NCBI GenBank assembly: GCA_000432575.1 | Contig: HF996836.1 | Location: 4,314 to 68,313 of the forward strand | DNA length: 64,000 bases | Reading direction: 5' to 3' | From: Clostridium sp. CAG:762 | Lineage (GTDB): Bacteria; Bacillota_I; Bacilli_A; RF39; UBA660 | Shown here: piece after piece, positions 21,781 through 31,068 of the stretch | How the letters are laid out: each line of letters opens with the position of its first letter | Position numbering within the stretch: position 1 is the stretch's first letter | Made by a program: the position numbers and the translations under genes | Notes under the pieces: generated by a model | What the model was told of the DNA's origin: nothing | What the model saw: only the letters and a program-made list of their open reading frames with translations | The model's database searches: none

Positions 21781-23772
21781 CTATTTTCTACTATATACTT
21801 TTACATATTTGTATTCTTTGTTTTCATTGATAATTCCATTGTCATAGTAGTAAATTAATTTTTCTAGTAATTTAATTTGTTTTTGTAATTCATTACCTTT
21901 ATCAGTATCTTTTATGGTTATTCTAACTTTACTAGATTCTTGTAAGTCTACTGAGGAATGAATGTCTTCATTATTGAGAATGGCATTTTCTACGGTGGTG
22001 AATGGTTCGTGGGCTATTATTCTCATACCAGTGGAACCTGATACTAAGGTATAACCAGCAATGCCTGTTGTTTTTTGGTATGCTTTAGAGAACCCTCCGT
22101 CAATTACTATGACTTTCCCTTCTGCTTTGATTGGGGTTTCTCCATTGATTTTTTCAACGGGGATATGTCCATTTATAATGTGGGCATTTTCTATGTTGGT
22201 GATGCCAAAATCTTTCATAATATTTTCCATGACTGTCTTATTGTCTTGATATTTGTAATAATAGTTTCTTTTTTCTTTATGGGATGTTTTATCTTTTATT
22301 AAAACTCTTTCCATTGTAGTCATTTTATCTTTTCCAAAGAATGGTGAATCTGGTCCACTCCAAAGATACCACATTAGGTCTAGGTCTTCTTCTTTGTTAA
22401 ATCCTTTGTTGTAATATAATTTTTTGACAAGTAAGTTAATGTAATCAAATAATCTTTTGCCTGATAATGTATTTCCATTTATGTTTACTTGTTTTAAGGT
22501 TCCATCTTCATTTAGTGGAACTAAGGCATGATATAATAAGTTGTTGTTTTCTATTTTGTACATGTTTCCTTTGTCAATGAATATTTTCATGTGTCTTTGT
22601 AAGGCTTCACTGTTGAGGAATGATTTTGCCAGGTCATTGATGATGATTTCTTCTTCTTTGGTTAGTTTGTATGGATTGTTTTTGTCTATTGTTGGAAAAT
22701 TAGTGTCTTCTAGGGAATATTTGGTGTTGTCTATTAATATTTCTTTATTTTGGTAATCTATTTTATCAAGTAGTCTTCTATGTAACATGTTGTATTCTGG
22801 ATGTTTTAAGGCAAAATCGCCTTCTAGTTTATACATGATAATGGATATTGCTTTATGTATTTTTGCTGACTGTTTGACTAGGTAGTTGCTATAGTAATCT
22901 TCTTCTTTTGTATGTCTTGGGCGCCAGATAAGAGCATTGTCATATGTTTTTTCGGCATAGTTGGCAAGGGGTCTTAGGTTAATACCATAGATATCTTCTA
23001 GAATGTTTAGATTGTTGTGACGGACACTGTTGGTGATAACGCCAGAGATGCATATTTTGCTTCCTATTGATGCTCCCATCCATAAAATATCATGGTTTCC
23101 CCATTCAATGTCTACGGAATGATATTTTTCTAGGCTATCCATTATTTTATGAGGTTCTGGACCTCGGTCGTAAACGTCACCAACAATGTGAAGGGTGTCG
23201 ACTGCTAGAGTTTTGATAATTGATGATAGTAAAATGATTAGTTTTTCACTGTAATCTAGTTCAATTATAGAGTTAATGATGGCTTCATAATATTTTTCTT
23301 TGTTTTCGGCTTCTAATTTGTTATTAAGTAGTTCGTCAACAATGTATGAAAGATTATTGTTTTCATATACTTTTCTTACTTTGCTTCTGGTGTATCTTGA
23401 TGAGAACTTTTTGGTTATTTCAATTATTCTAAGTAAGTTGTCGTAATACCATTTTTTCTTATCGTTGACGTTTTCTAGGGCAAGGCTCATTTTTTGTTTG
23501 GGATAATATATTAAAGTGGCAAGTTCATCTTGTTCTTTAATGCTTAGAGTGTCTTTAAATATTTGGCCAATTCTAAATTTTATACCTCCTGCAGAATTGT
23601 TTAGAATATGAACAAAGGCATCAGCTTGTCCATGTAAATCACTCATGAAATGCTCAGGTCCTCTAGGTAGGGCTAAAATAGCATTTAGATTAATTATTTC
23701 TGTAACCGCATCGTCTTTGGTAGGGAAACGGTTTGATAACTCATTCAATAATTCTAACTCTGTATTTTCCAT
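21781..23772 (-). CDS. fbp: Fructose-1,6-bisphosphatase class 3
   Basis: 663 aa, Firmicute-type FBPase III. N-terminal region and metallophosphatase motifs are conserved. Confidence 0.85.
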   Translation of the reverse strand: MENTELELLNELSNRFPTKDDAVTEIINLNAILALPRGPEHFMSDLHGQADAFVHILNNSAGGIKFRIGQIFKDTLSIKEQDELATLIYYPKQKMSLALENVNDKKKWYYDNLLRIIEITKKFSSRYTRSKVRKVYENNNLSYIVDELLNNKLEAENKEKYYEAIINSIIELDYSEKLIILLSSIIKTLAVDTLHIVGDVYDRGPEPHKIMDSLEKYHSVDIEWGNHDILWMGASIGSKICISGVITNSVRHNNLNILEDIYGINLRPLANYAEKTYDNALIWRPRHTKEEDYYSNYLVKQSAKIHKAISIIMYKLEGDFALKHPEYNMLHRRLLDKIDYQNKEILIDNTKYSLEDTNFPTIDKNNPYKLTKEEEIIINDLAKSFLNSEALQRHMKIFIDKGNMYKIENNNLLYHALVPLNEDGTLKQVNINGNTLSGKRLFDYINLLVKKLYYNKGFNKEEDLDLMWYLWSGPDSPFFGKDKMTTMERVLIKDKTSHKEKRNYYYKYQDNKTVMENIMKDFGITNIENAHIINGHIPVEKINGETPIKAEGKVIVIDGGFSKAYQKTTGIAGYTLVSGSTGMRIIAHEPFTTVENAILNNEDIHSSVDLQESSKVRITIKDTDKGNELQKQIKLLEKLIYYYDNGIINENKEYKYVKVYSRK

Positions 23773-23806
23773 TAAATTTTCTTCCTTTCCAATAACCCCT
23801 TATTAT

Positions 23807-24670
23807 CTAATACTTTTTTCCTATTTTTTCTCCATATAATATTTTGGTTTCTATTCCTTCTTTTGATTTTTCTAGGATGTCATCGTCTATTTTGATGGTG
23901 TTTTCTTTAAATATTAAAACAATTGTGGAGGCGCCAAAGGAAAAATATCCTCTTTCTTTTCCTTTATGGCAAATTTTGTCAGGATAGTTGTTTATTTTGC
24001 CAATATTTAAAGCTCCTACTTCAATATATATGATGTCGCCAAAGTTCTTGGTTTCAACGATGTTTACTACTCTATGGTTTTCACTAAAAACTTTGTATCT
24101 TTTGAAGGCAATGGGATTAATCGTGTGTAAGACACCTTTTATTTCTTTGGTGCTTATGACTTTGCCATCATCTATGTCTCCGTAGTGGTGATAATCTTCT
24201 ACATTTAGTCTAAATACTAGGCATTTACCACTGTAATATTGGTGGGCAATTTTTTTATCACGTACTAATTCATTAATGGTGTAAAGGCTATTTTTTACGT
24301 TGATGCAGGTTAGTTTATTGATATCATAGACCATTAATTTGGAATCACATGGTGATATTAGGATGTTTTCTTCTAAGCATATTTTTCTCTTGCCATTTTT
24401 TACTTTTCTAGTGAAAAATTCATCGAATGATTTATATTTTACATTTTCGTAATCTTCCATGTTAATGTTGTTTTTAATAATAAATTTTTTTATTTTGAAT
24501 TTAGACAATCTGCTTCTAATTAGTAAACCATTAAATTTGCTAATGGTGGGATTTATTATTATTTTTAGAATAATTCTTCCTAAACTTGTGTTATATAAAA
24601 AGTTTAAACTTTTTCTTATTTCTTCTTTGATCACTTTATTATTAGCTCTATCATATACTAATATTTCCAT
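23807..24670 (-). CDS. psd: Phosphatidylserine decarboxylase proenzyme
   Basis: 287 aa with the C-terminal GST self-cleavage motif (FSFGASTIV). Confidence 0.75.
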   Translation of the reverse strand: MEILVYDRANNKVIKEEIRKSLNFLYNTSLGRIILKIIINPTISKFNGLLIRSRLSKFKIKKFIIKNNINMEDYENVKYKSFDEFFTRKVKNGKRKICLEENILISPCDSKLMVYDINKLTCINVKNSLYTINELVRDKKIAHQYYSGKCLVFRLNVEDYHHYGDIDDGKVISTKEIKGVLHTINPIAFKRYKVFSENHRVVNIVETKNFGDIIYIEVGALNIGKINNYPDKICHKGKERGYFSFGASTIVLIFKENTIKIDDDILEKSKEGIETKILYGEKIGKKY

Positions 24671-24683
24671 ACTGCACCTACTA

Positions 24684-25391
24684 CTATTTTCTTTTAAATT
24701 TTAAAACCTTGCCCTCTTTAATATTTAAGTGTTTATATATGTTTTCGTTTTCATAATCGACATAATCGGTATCGAGTAGACAAAATAAATTTTCTGCTTG
24801 GGAAAACATTATTTTTGTTTCGCTTTGAATGAAATTATCTATGTATTTCATTTTTCTATGGTAATTAGGATTATTTTCATATATAAAATGATATATGTCT
24901 TCATATTCAAAATTAGCATAGTTATTTAAAATGGCTTTGGCTGCGAATAAGGTTTTTTTACTGTTTTTGTCTTTGATTGATATGATTCTTTTATCGATAT
25001 TGTTTATTTCTTTGGTGATGAATTTAGGGAAGAATCTGGCTATGATTAATTCATCTAATAAGGCATGATCGATGTTATTTGAAGTAATATAATTAAAAAA
25101 GAATGAGAATAGATCTGTGGGGGTTGTATTTAGTTTAAAAATAAATTTTTGTTCTTCTATTCTTGCCTTGATGCTTTCTATTTCCTTAGATAATAGGCTG
25201 TTTCCTTGAAATATATGATATTTTGATAATCTGTTGTAAATAATATTTTTTATGATGTTACTTGTTTTTTCTTCTGTTATATTGCTTAGATAAATCAATA
25301 CTAGTTGTGATATTCCTAAGTATTCATATATTGAATATAATATTTCTTTATTCATACCATTACCATCCCGTCTATAAAAAGTATACCACAT
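24684..25391 (-). CDS. Hypothetical protein
   Basis: 235 aa, no recognisable family. Confidence 0.3.
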   Translation of the reverse strand: MWYTFYRRDGNGMNKEILYSIYEYLGISQLVLIYLSNITEEKTSNIIKNIIYNRLSKYHIFQGNSLLSKEIESIKARIEEQKFIFKLNTTPTDLFSFFFNYITSNNIDHALLDELIIARFFPKFITKEINNIDKRIISIKDKNSKKTLFAAKAILNNYANFEYEDIYHFIYENNPNYHRKMKYIDNFIQSETKIMFSQAENLFCLLDTDYVDYENENIYKHLNIKEGKVLKFKRK

Positions 25392-25411
25392 AATGGTGAA
25401 GAAATAAATAA

Positions 25412-26023
25412 TTAAATTACGCTTTTTAGGATAATTGGATACATATAAGTTTCGTATAAGATGGCTAGGCTAGTTAAAAATACAGAAATTATCATGATGA
25501 CGCCATATCTTTTTAAATATAGTTTGTAGTCAACTTTTGTTTTGGTAAATATGAGTTTAATTAGTTTAATGCTGAGGGTGATGCCATATATGCTTGTTAA
25601 GATTATGCTAAATAGTTTAATTAATTCATGAGGAAAAAGGTATAGGAAACTATATAGTATGCCTTTATAATGGTAGGCACTGATGATGGTTGAAATGCAA
25701 AATCCTAGTATGAATCCTTTAAAGAAGATAAGAAAAATAAGAAATGGTAGGCCTATAATGGTTAAGGATAGGATTAAGATTCCAAGTAGATAAAAAATGC
25801 TTATAGTAAAACTGTTTTTTAATGTTTGTCCATTGTTAATATTTTTGATATTTTGATAGAAGTTTATTATTTCATTGGTGGCAGTGTCTTTATCATTTTT
25901 ATTAATTGTGATAAAGAAAATGGAACCGGCGATGACGCCAAGAATTATTAAGCCAATTATTAGATATGTGGTAATGTTGCTTGGTATGATGATGGTTTTT
26001 TGTTTAATTAATTTTTGTTTCAT
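25412..26023 (-). CDS. spoIIM: SpoIIM-like (DUF95) membrane protein
   Basis: 203 aa with 5 or so TM segments; size and topology match stage II sporulation protein M. Confidence 0.4.
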   Translation of the reverse strand: MKQKLIKQKTIIIPSNITTYLIIGLIILGVIAGSIFFITINKNDKDTATNEIINFYQNIKNINNGQTLKNSFTISIFYLLGILILSLTIIGLPFLIFLIFFKGFILGFCISTIISAYHYKGILYSFLYLFPHELIKLFSIILTSIYGITLSIKLIKLIFTKTKVDYKLYLKRYGVIMIISVFLTSLAILYETYMYPIILKSVI

Positions 26024-26100
26024 GTTCTCACCTAATAAATAATATTATTTAATACTTGAAATTATGAATATAATTTTGTATAATTAGTTGTGAGGTGCGA

Positions 26101-26250
26101 TATGACAAAGATTGTGAATGAAAAAGAAAATAAAAATAAGAAAAAAAAGAAAAAGAAAAAAACAAGTAACTTGGGGATGAAGATTGTTGGTTATATTATG
26201 TTACTTATTATTCTTATTTCGGTTATTGTTCCAATAATTCAATATTTTTA
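26101..26250 (+). CDS. Small 49-aa membrane peptide (poly-Lys tract plus one TM helix)
   Basis: MTKIVNEKENKNKKKKKKKKTSNLGMKIVGYIMLLIILISVIVPIIQYF. Not in the ORF track (under 60 aa). Followed by a clean terminator. Confidence 0.4.
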
Positions 26251-26255
26251 ATTAG

Positions 26256-26278
26256 ACACTGTTATAGTGTTTTTTTTG
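26256..26278 (+). terminator. Rho-independent terminator
   Basis: ACACT-GTTAT-AGTGT followed by T8. Confidence 0.6.
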
Positions 26279-26292
26279 TTTGTTAATGTGAT

Positions 26293-26321
26293 TGAAGGAA
26301 TTACAACAGCGTAGCAAAATT
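26293..26321 (+). repeat. 30-bp dispersed repeat, copy e
   Basis: GAATTACAACAGCGTAGCAAAATT, directly after the terminator of the 49-aa peptide gene. Confidence 0.7.
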
Positions 26322-26357
26322 AAAAGAAAATATTTATTTCTAAGTACTTTCTTTTAA

Positions 26358-26699
26358 TTATTTTTTGATTATTGATAATATTTTTCTTAGTCTTTTTGGG
26401 GTTGCTTTGATGTTTTCTTTGCTGTTGATTGCGTTAATTGTTTCTGCGACTTGTTTTTCACTGAATTTTCTTCCATTGAAGTCAATTATAGCGTTTTTGT
26501 TGTCGAAATCAAAGTATATGCTATTATGAATGTTGCTGGTAAAGGTTAGTTTGCCTTTTCGGCCTATTTCTTCTAACATAATTGTTTTAATTAAATTAAT
26601 TGGTATGTGATAGTCTAGTGAACCTCCATCTAATCTTCTAACGGTATATATATCTAGGCCTTCTATATATTTATAACCGTATCGTATTTTTCCACACAT
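26358..26699 (-). CDS. Hypothetical protein
   Basis: 113 aa, no recognisable family. Confidence 0.3.
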   Translation of the reverse strand: MCGKIRYGYKYIEGLDIYTVRRLDGGSLDYHIPINLIKTIMLEEIGRKGKLTFTSNIHNSIYFDFDNKNAIIDFNGRKFSEKQVAETINAINSKENIKATPKRLRKILSIIKK

Positions 26700-26839
26700 A
26701 ATTACACCTCCTACATCTAAGAATGTATTATAGCAGTACTGTTTTAAAAATACAACCCTTAAAAAGAAAAAATTAAATTATAGCAAAAATATACATTTTA
26801 TTGGTTTTTCATGTTATAATGGTTAATGAAGGTGAAAAA

Positions 26840-27520
26840 ATGAAGAAGAATATATTTGCTATTTTGAAAACAATAATTTTATTTTTGTTGCTTTTTACGT
26901 TTACTGATATTGTGGTAGGTATTTTTGATATTGATGTTGGTACTTTATCAAATAAGGAGAAGTATTTGCTTGGTTTTGGGACAGAAATTAGTTTTTTGAT
27001 TATTTTATTTTTGGCATATAGGAAAACTTTGGTTAATGATTTTAAGGAGTTTTTTAGTGATTTTTTCAATAATTTTGAGTTTGCTTTCAAGTATTATTTG
27101 ATTGGTTTTTTGGTTATGGTTATAAGTAATTTTATAATTGTGGTGTTTACTAAAAATGGTATCGCTGGAAATGAGGAGAGTATTAGGTCTTTAATTGAGG
27201 TGGCACCTTTGTATATGGTTTTCTCGGTTTCTTTGTATGCTCCTTTTACTGAGGAATTAATATTTAGGAAAGGATTTCGCGATGTTTTTAAGAATAAATT
27301 TATTTATGTTTTGGTGAGTGGGATTACTTTTGGAGCTTTGCATGTTATTACTTATATTAAAACACCAATGGATTATGTTTATTTGATACCTTATTGTTCG
27401 CTGGGACTGGCTTTTGCTTATACTTATAGTAAATCTAATAATATTTTTTCTACTATTAGTATGCATTTTTTGCATAATACGATGGCTATTGTTTTGTATC
27501 TGGTGGGAAGTGGTTTATGA
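26840..27520 (+). CDS. CPBP-family intramembrane metalloprotease (CAAX protease / abortive-infection-like)
   Basis: EELIFRKG (EExxxR), FxxxH and HxxxN motifs on TM helices. Start placed at the ATG with a GAAGGTGA SD. Confidence 0.7.
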   Translation: MKKNIFAILKTIILFLLLFTFTDIVVGIFDIDVGTLSNKEKYLLGFGTEISFLIILFLAYRKTLVNDFKEFFSDFFNNFEFAFKYYLIGFLVMVISNFIIVVFTKNGIAGNEESIRSLIEVAPLYMVFSVSLYAPFTEELIFRKGFRDVFKNKFIYVLVSGITFGALHVITYIKTPMDYVYLIPYCSLGLAFAYTYSKSNNIFSTISMHFLHNTMAIVLYLVGSGL

Positions 27521-28359
27521 GAAGAAAAGTTATTACTACAATTTTAATATTTTTGTTTGTGATTATTTTGATTTTGTTGTATGGATATGCAGTAGAGCCA
27601 AATTTGTTTATTACTAAAGAATATACGATTAAGGATCCTAATTTGCCAGATAGTTTTGATGGTGTGAAGATTGTTCATTTTAGTGATTTGCACTACGGGA
27701 GAAATATAAGTTTGAAAAGTATTGACAAGGTTGTCAAGGAGATTAATTTTATCAAGCCTGATATTGTGTTTTTTACTGGTGATTTGGTAGAAACTCCAAA
27801 TGAGTTGAAGGATAGGGATTTTGAAGTTTTGGCTGATTATTTAAGGAAAATTGATGCTCGAATTGGGAAATATGCCGTTTTGGGGGAACATGATTATGAA
27901 GGAAATACTGAGGTTGTGAAGAGTACGCTTACGACTAGTGGTTTTGATATTTTGCTTAATGAGAGTGATGCTATTTATAATAATAGTGTGGAAAGAATTG
28001 TGTTGTATGGCATTGATGATGTTTTAAAGGGTTATGCTAATTTAGATAAAACTTTTGAAAGTGATAATGAAGATTATAAGATAGTGCTTGTGCACGAACC
28101 TGATTATGTTGATGATATTTTAGAGAGGGTTGGCTCTGTTAATCTTATTTTGTCTGGGCATTCGCATGATGGTCAGGTGAAGTTGCCTTTTTTAGATAAG
28201 TTATATAATATTAAGGGGGCTACGCTTTACTACGGTAATTATTATCGTGTCGGCAATACCAATGTTTATGTTTCCAGTGGTTTGGGTGTAAGTACTTATA
28301 CATTTAGGTTATTTAATCCACCATCTATTAATTTTTATCGTATTAATAAGGAGAGTTAA
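27517..28359 (+). CDS. Calcineurin-like metallophosphoesterase (YkuE-like)
   Basis: N-terminal TM, then GDLV, GEHD and GHSHDGQ metal-binding motifs. Confidence 0.7.
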   Translation: MRRKVITTILIFLFVIILILLYGYAVEPNLFITKEYTIKDPNLPDSFDGVKIVHFSDLHYGRNISLKSIDKVVKEINFIKPDIVFFTGDLVETPNELKDRDFEVLADYLRKIDARIGKYAVLGEHDYEGNTEVVKSTLTTSGFDILLNESDAIYNNSVERIVLYGIDDVLKGYANLDKTFESDNEDYKIVLVHEPDYVDDILERVGSVNLILSGHSHDGQVKLPFLDKLYNIKGATLYYGNYYRVGNTNVYVSSGLGVSTYTFRLFNPPSINFYRINKES

Positions 28360-28382
28360 AAAAGAAGGGCTAGTTTTATTTA

Positions 28383-29366
28383 CTAGTTACCTTCTTTTAG
28401 TATTGGCAATTTAATTGTGGTTTTGGTGTATTCACCTAATTTTGATTCGTAACTTAAAGTGCCTCCGTGGGCTTTGATAATTTCATTGGATAGGGTTACG
28501 CCTACTCCACTGCCCTGTTTTTTTGTTGTATAAAATACATGTTTGATATTTTTTATAGTTTCATCACTCATGCCTATGCCATTGTCGAAAATAGTGATTA
28601 TGTAGTAATCGTCCTTAATATGAGCACTTATTTTTACTATTCCTTTATTTTCGATGGCTTCGTAGCAATTCTTAAATAAGTTGATAAATACTTGTTTTAG
28701 TCTATTATAATCACCCATAATATAAACTTCTTCTTCATCGAAAATTTCGTTTATTAAGTTTATATCTTTTTTGTTAAATATTAATTTAATGACGTCAGTG
28801 GTTTCGTAAATTAATAAATTGATATCTAGTATGTCTTTTTCAATTTTAATTTTTGATAATTCCATGAAATCATTGATAATATTTAGAGTTCTATCGACTT
28901 CATTTTTCATGATGGTTATATATTTTTGTGATTTTTCTATGTCATTTGCATTGAACATGTCTAAATAACCTTTTAAAACTGCTAATGGATTTTTTATTTC
29001 GTGTGTAATTTTAAATAGTGAATTTTTAATTTGTTTGTCTTGTTCTAATTCTTTATAATTCAAAAATACATTGCTGATTCTATCGGTTATTTCAAATAAG
29101 TAAAGAATAGCAAATGTAATTGTGTAAAATATTACGACTACTAAAATGATATTGATAAGTGCATAAATATCTTCTGCGGTCGTTTTTTTGAAAAAATATT
29201 CGAATGACAACATGAATCCCTGAACGATGGCGACGAGATCGATTAATCTATATTTTTTACTTTTATTTGCTAATAGTGCGATTACATAATAAATTACATA
29301 TTTAATTATCATGACATAGATGATGTTGCTTTTAATGGTGGTATAAGTATAGATTACAATCACCAT
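28383..29366 (-). CDS. Orphan sensor histidine kinase (HisKA plus HATPase_c); the N-terminal membrane domain possibly continues upstream through an in-frame TAA to 29621
   Basis: H-box KITHEIKNPLAV, N/G1/G2 boxes. No adjacent response regulator. The track start at 29366 has no SD. See the pseudogene entry below. Confidence 0.75.
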   Translation of the reverse strand: MVIVIYTYTTIKSNIIYVMIIKYVIYYVIALLANKSKKYRLIDLVAIVQGFMLSFEYFFKKTTAEDIYALINIILVVVIFYTITFAILYLFEITDRISNVFLNYKELEQDKQIKNSLFKITHEIKNPLAVLKGYLDMFNANDIEKSQKYITIMKNEVDRTLNIINDFMELSKIKIEKDILDINLLIYETTDVIKLIFNKKDINLINEIFDEEEVYIMGDYNRLKQVFINLFKNCYEAIENKGIVKISAHIKDDYYIITIFDNGIGMSDETIKNIKHVFYTTKKQGSGVGVTLSNEIIKAHGGTLSYESKLGEYTKTTIKLPILKEGN

Positions 29367-29621
29367 TGATAGAATTATACCGAGAAAATTCTTTTTTTTA
29401 ACATATGCTATTATTATGGGAATGTTACATAGTATTTAAAGCCTCTCGTCCTTGAATACATTTCCATATTTTAGAGATAAGCTCAGTGAGGTGAATAGAC
29501 TTATTGCGAGGAATAAATTACCTTCTTTTTCATTCTTGATATTTTTATATATTACATATAAGAAGTAAATCATTAAAGGAAATGAGATATAAATAATATT
29601 TAGTATAATTAAATTAATCAT
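28383..29621 (-). pseudogene. Possible full-length 6-TM histidine kinase interrupted by one in-frame stop (TAA at 29436-29438)
   Basis: ORF 29436..29621 has a plausible GGTGAT SD and encodes 2 TM helices. It is in the same frame as the kinase ORF, with 23 further sense codons and no stop between them, and these also encode a hydrophobic helix. Confidence 0.4.
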
Positions 29622-29667
29622 TCTTTTATCACCAAACTAAGTATAAAACAAAACCTTTGTAGAAATA

Positions 29668-29684
29668 TGTCGAATTGTGTCGAA
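29668..29684. promoter_or_regulatory. Tandem Spo0A-box-like heptamers TGTCGAA-ttg-TGTCGAA (10-bp phasing)
   Basis: Two perfect TGTCGAA 0A-box heptamers with start-to-start spacing of 10 bp, about 47 bp upstream of the 29621 ATG. Confidence 0.45.
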
Positions 29685-29948
29685 TAAAGTAATTTATTGT
29701 AAATAAATTGCTTTTTCTGTAATTATGGAAATGTTTTCTACAGAAAAGGAACTAATATATTCTTCTTCGTAGACATAAACTCCGACATTTGCTGCCGTAC
29801 TCATTTTTATTGCTATAAATTTGATGTTTTATTTGCTATGGTGGATATGGACTGATTGCCTGTAATATATGCATAAGTTACACCTCCTTTTTCTGTTTTC
29901 AATATACTATAGTGGGATATTTTTGTCAATGTTGCTATTTTTTAAAAA

Positions 29949-29962
29949 CTGTACGGGTGTTT
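29949..29962 (+). repeat. CTGTACGGGTGTTT motif copy 1
   Basis: Direct repeat, with copy 2 lying 52 bp downstream. Confidence 0.6.
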
Positions 29963-30000
29963 TTAAAATTCTGTGTAAAATTTGCTCAATTTTTGAAAAT

Positions 30001-30021
30001 CTGTACGGGTGTTTGTTAAAA
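30001..30021 (+). repeat. CTGTACGGGTGTTTGTTAAAA motif copy 2
   Basis: 17 of its bases (ACGGGTGTTTGTTAAAA) recur inverted at 42705-42725. Confidence 0.6.
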
Positions 30022-30074
30022 ACGGGATAGTGAATTTTTTTTATGAAAATGTAAAGTTTTTGATAGATGTGTCA

Positions 30075-30100
30075 AATGAATTAGAATGTCGTAGCAAAGG
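30075..30100 (+). repeat. 30-bp dispersed repeat, copy f (most diverged)
   Basis: GAATTAGAATGTCGTAGCAAAGG. Confidence 0.5.
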
Positions 30101-30122
30101 AAAAAAAAGAATGCTATGTTTG

Positions 30123-31025
30123 TTAAATTTTGCATATTAACTTTTTAGCATCTTCATATGTAAATCTTACTTCTCCATCGTGTAACTCTTTTATATAGCT
30201 ATTTTCTTTTAATTTTCTTAAGGCCACGAGTTCAATGTTGCTTACTCTTTGGTGGCTTATGTTTAGGATTTTGCGCACTTCTTCTATGCTTTTATATTCT
30301 CCATCTGCGAGTCCATATCTTAGGTATAAAACTTGTTTTTCTTTTGTGTTTAGGTTGCTTTTATTTTCGATTATGTCAATTAATTGTTCATTTAATATTT
30401 GTTTGTTGATATCTTCACTTTCTACGGAGACAATTTTTTCTAATTCGTTTCCTTTCATATCAATTGTGTTATTTAAGGAAATATTTTTGTTTTCTAATAA
30501 TTTTAGAATTTTATTGACTGTTTTTTCGTCGCAGTTAAGTATTTGTGCTAATTCTTTTGTTGTTGGATAGTTTTTATTTGAATTGTAATATAGGTATTGT
30601 TTTAATTTGTCTATATGTGCACACATGTAATTGGGTATTCTAATTGTTCTTGTTTCATAATATAGTGCTCTATCTATTGCTTGTCTTATCCTCCATGTGG
30701 CATAGGTTGAGAAGCGACATTCTTTTTTTAGGTCAAATTTTTCTATTGCTTTTATTAGTCCTATATTGCCATATTGAATTAGGTCTGTGAGGTCTAAGCC
30801 ACGGTTAAGTCTTTTTTTTGCTATGCTTATTACTAATCTTAGATTTTTTTGGATGGCTTCATCTCTTGCTTGGATTTCTCCATTTTTTATTCTTTTAAAT
30901 AGTTCTATTTCTGTTTCTTTGGTTAGAATATCACTAGGTATTTCGCTGAAATATTGGCTAAGTATGTTAAGATCTTTTTTTTGTTTTTTTAAGTATAGTA
31001 TTTGTTTGGATTTTAAGCTTTCCAT
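30123..31025 (-). CDS. Sigma-70 family RNA polymerase sigma factor (SigA-like paralog 1, regions 1.2-4, no region 1.1)
   Basis: 300 aa. Region 2.4 [13 protein letters not shown]. Region 4.2 is more diverged ([17 protein letters not shown]). SD contains G6. Confidence 0.8.
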   Translation of the reverse strand: MESLKSKQILYLKKQKKDLNILSQYFSEIPSDILTKETEIELFKRIKNGEIQARDEAIQKNLRLVISIAKKRLNRGLDLTDLIQYGNIGLIKAIEKFDLKKECRFSTYATWRIRQAIDRALYYETRTIRIPNYMCAHIDKLKQYLYYNSNKNYPTTKELAQILNCDEKTVNKILKLLENKNISLNNTIDMKGNELEKIVSVESEDINKQILNEQLIDIIENKSNLNTKEKQVLYLRYGLADGEYKSIEEVRKILNISHQRVSNIELVALRKLKENSYIKELHDGEVRFTYEDAKKLICKI

Positions 31026-31068
31026 GTTTTGTCCCCCCTTTTTTTGTGTTATCTATTTTTTTGTTGTA

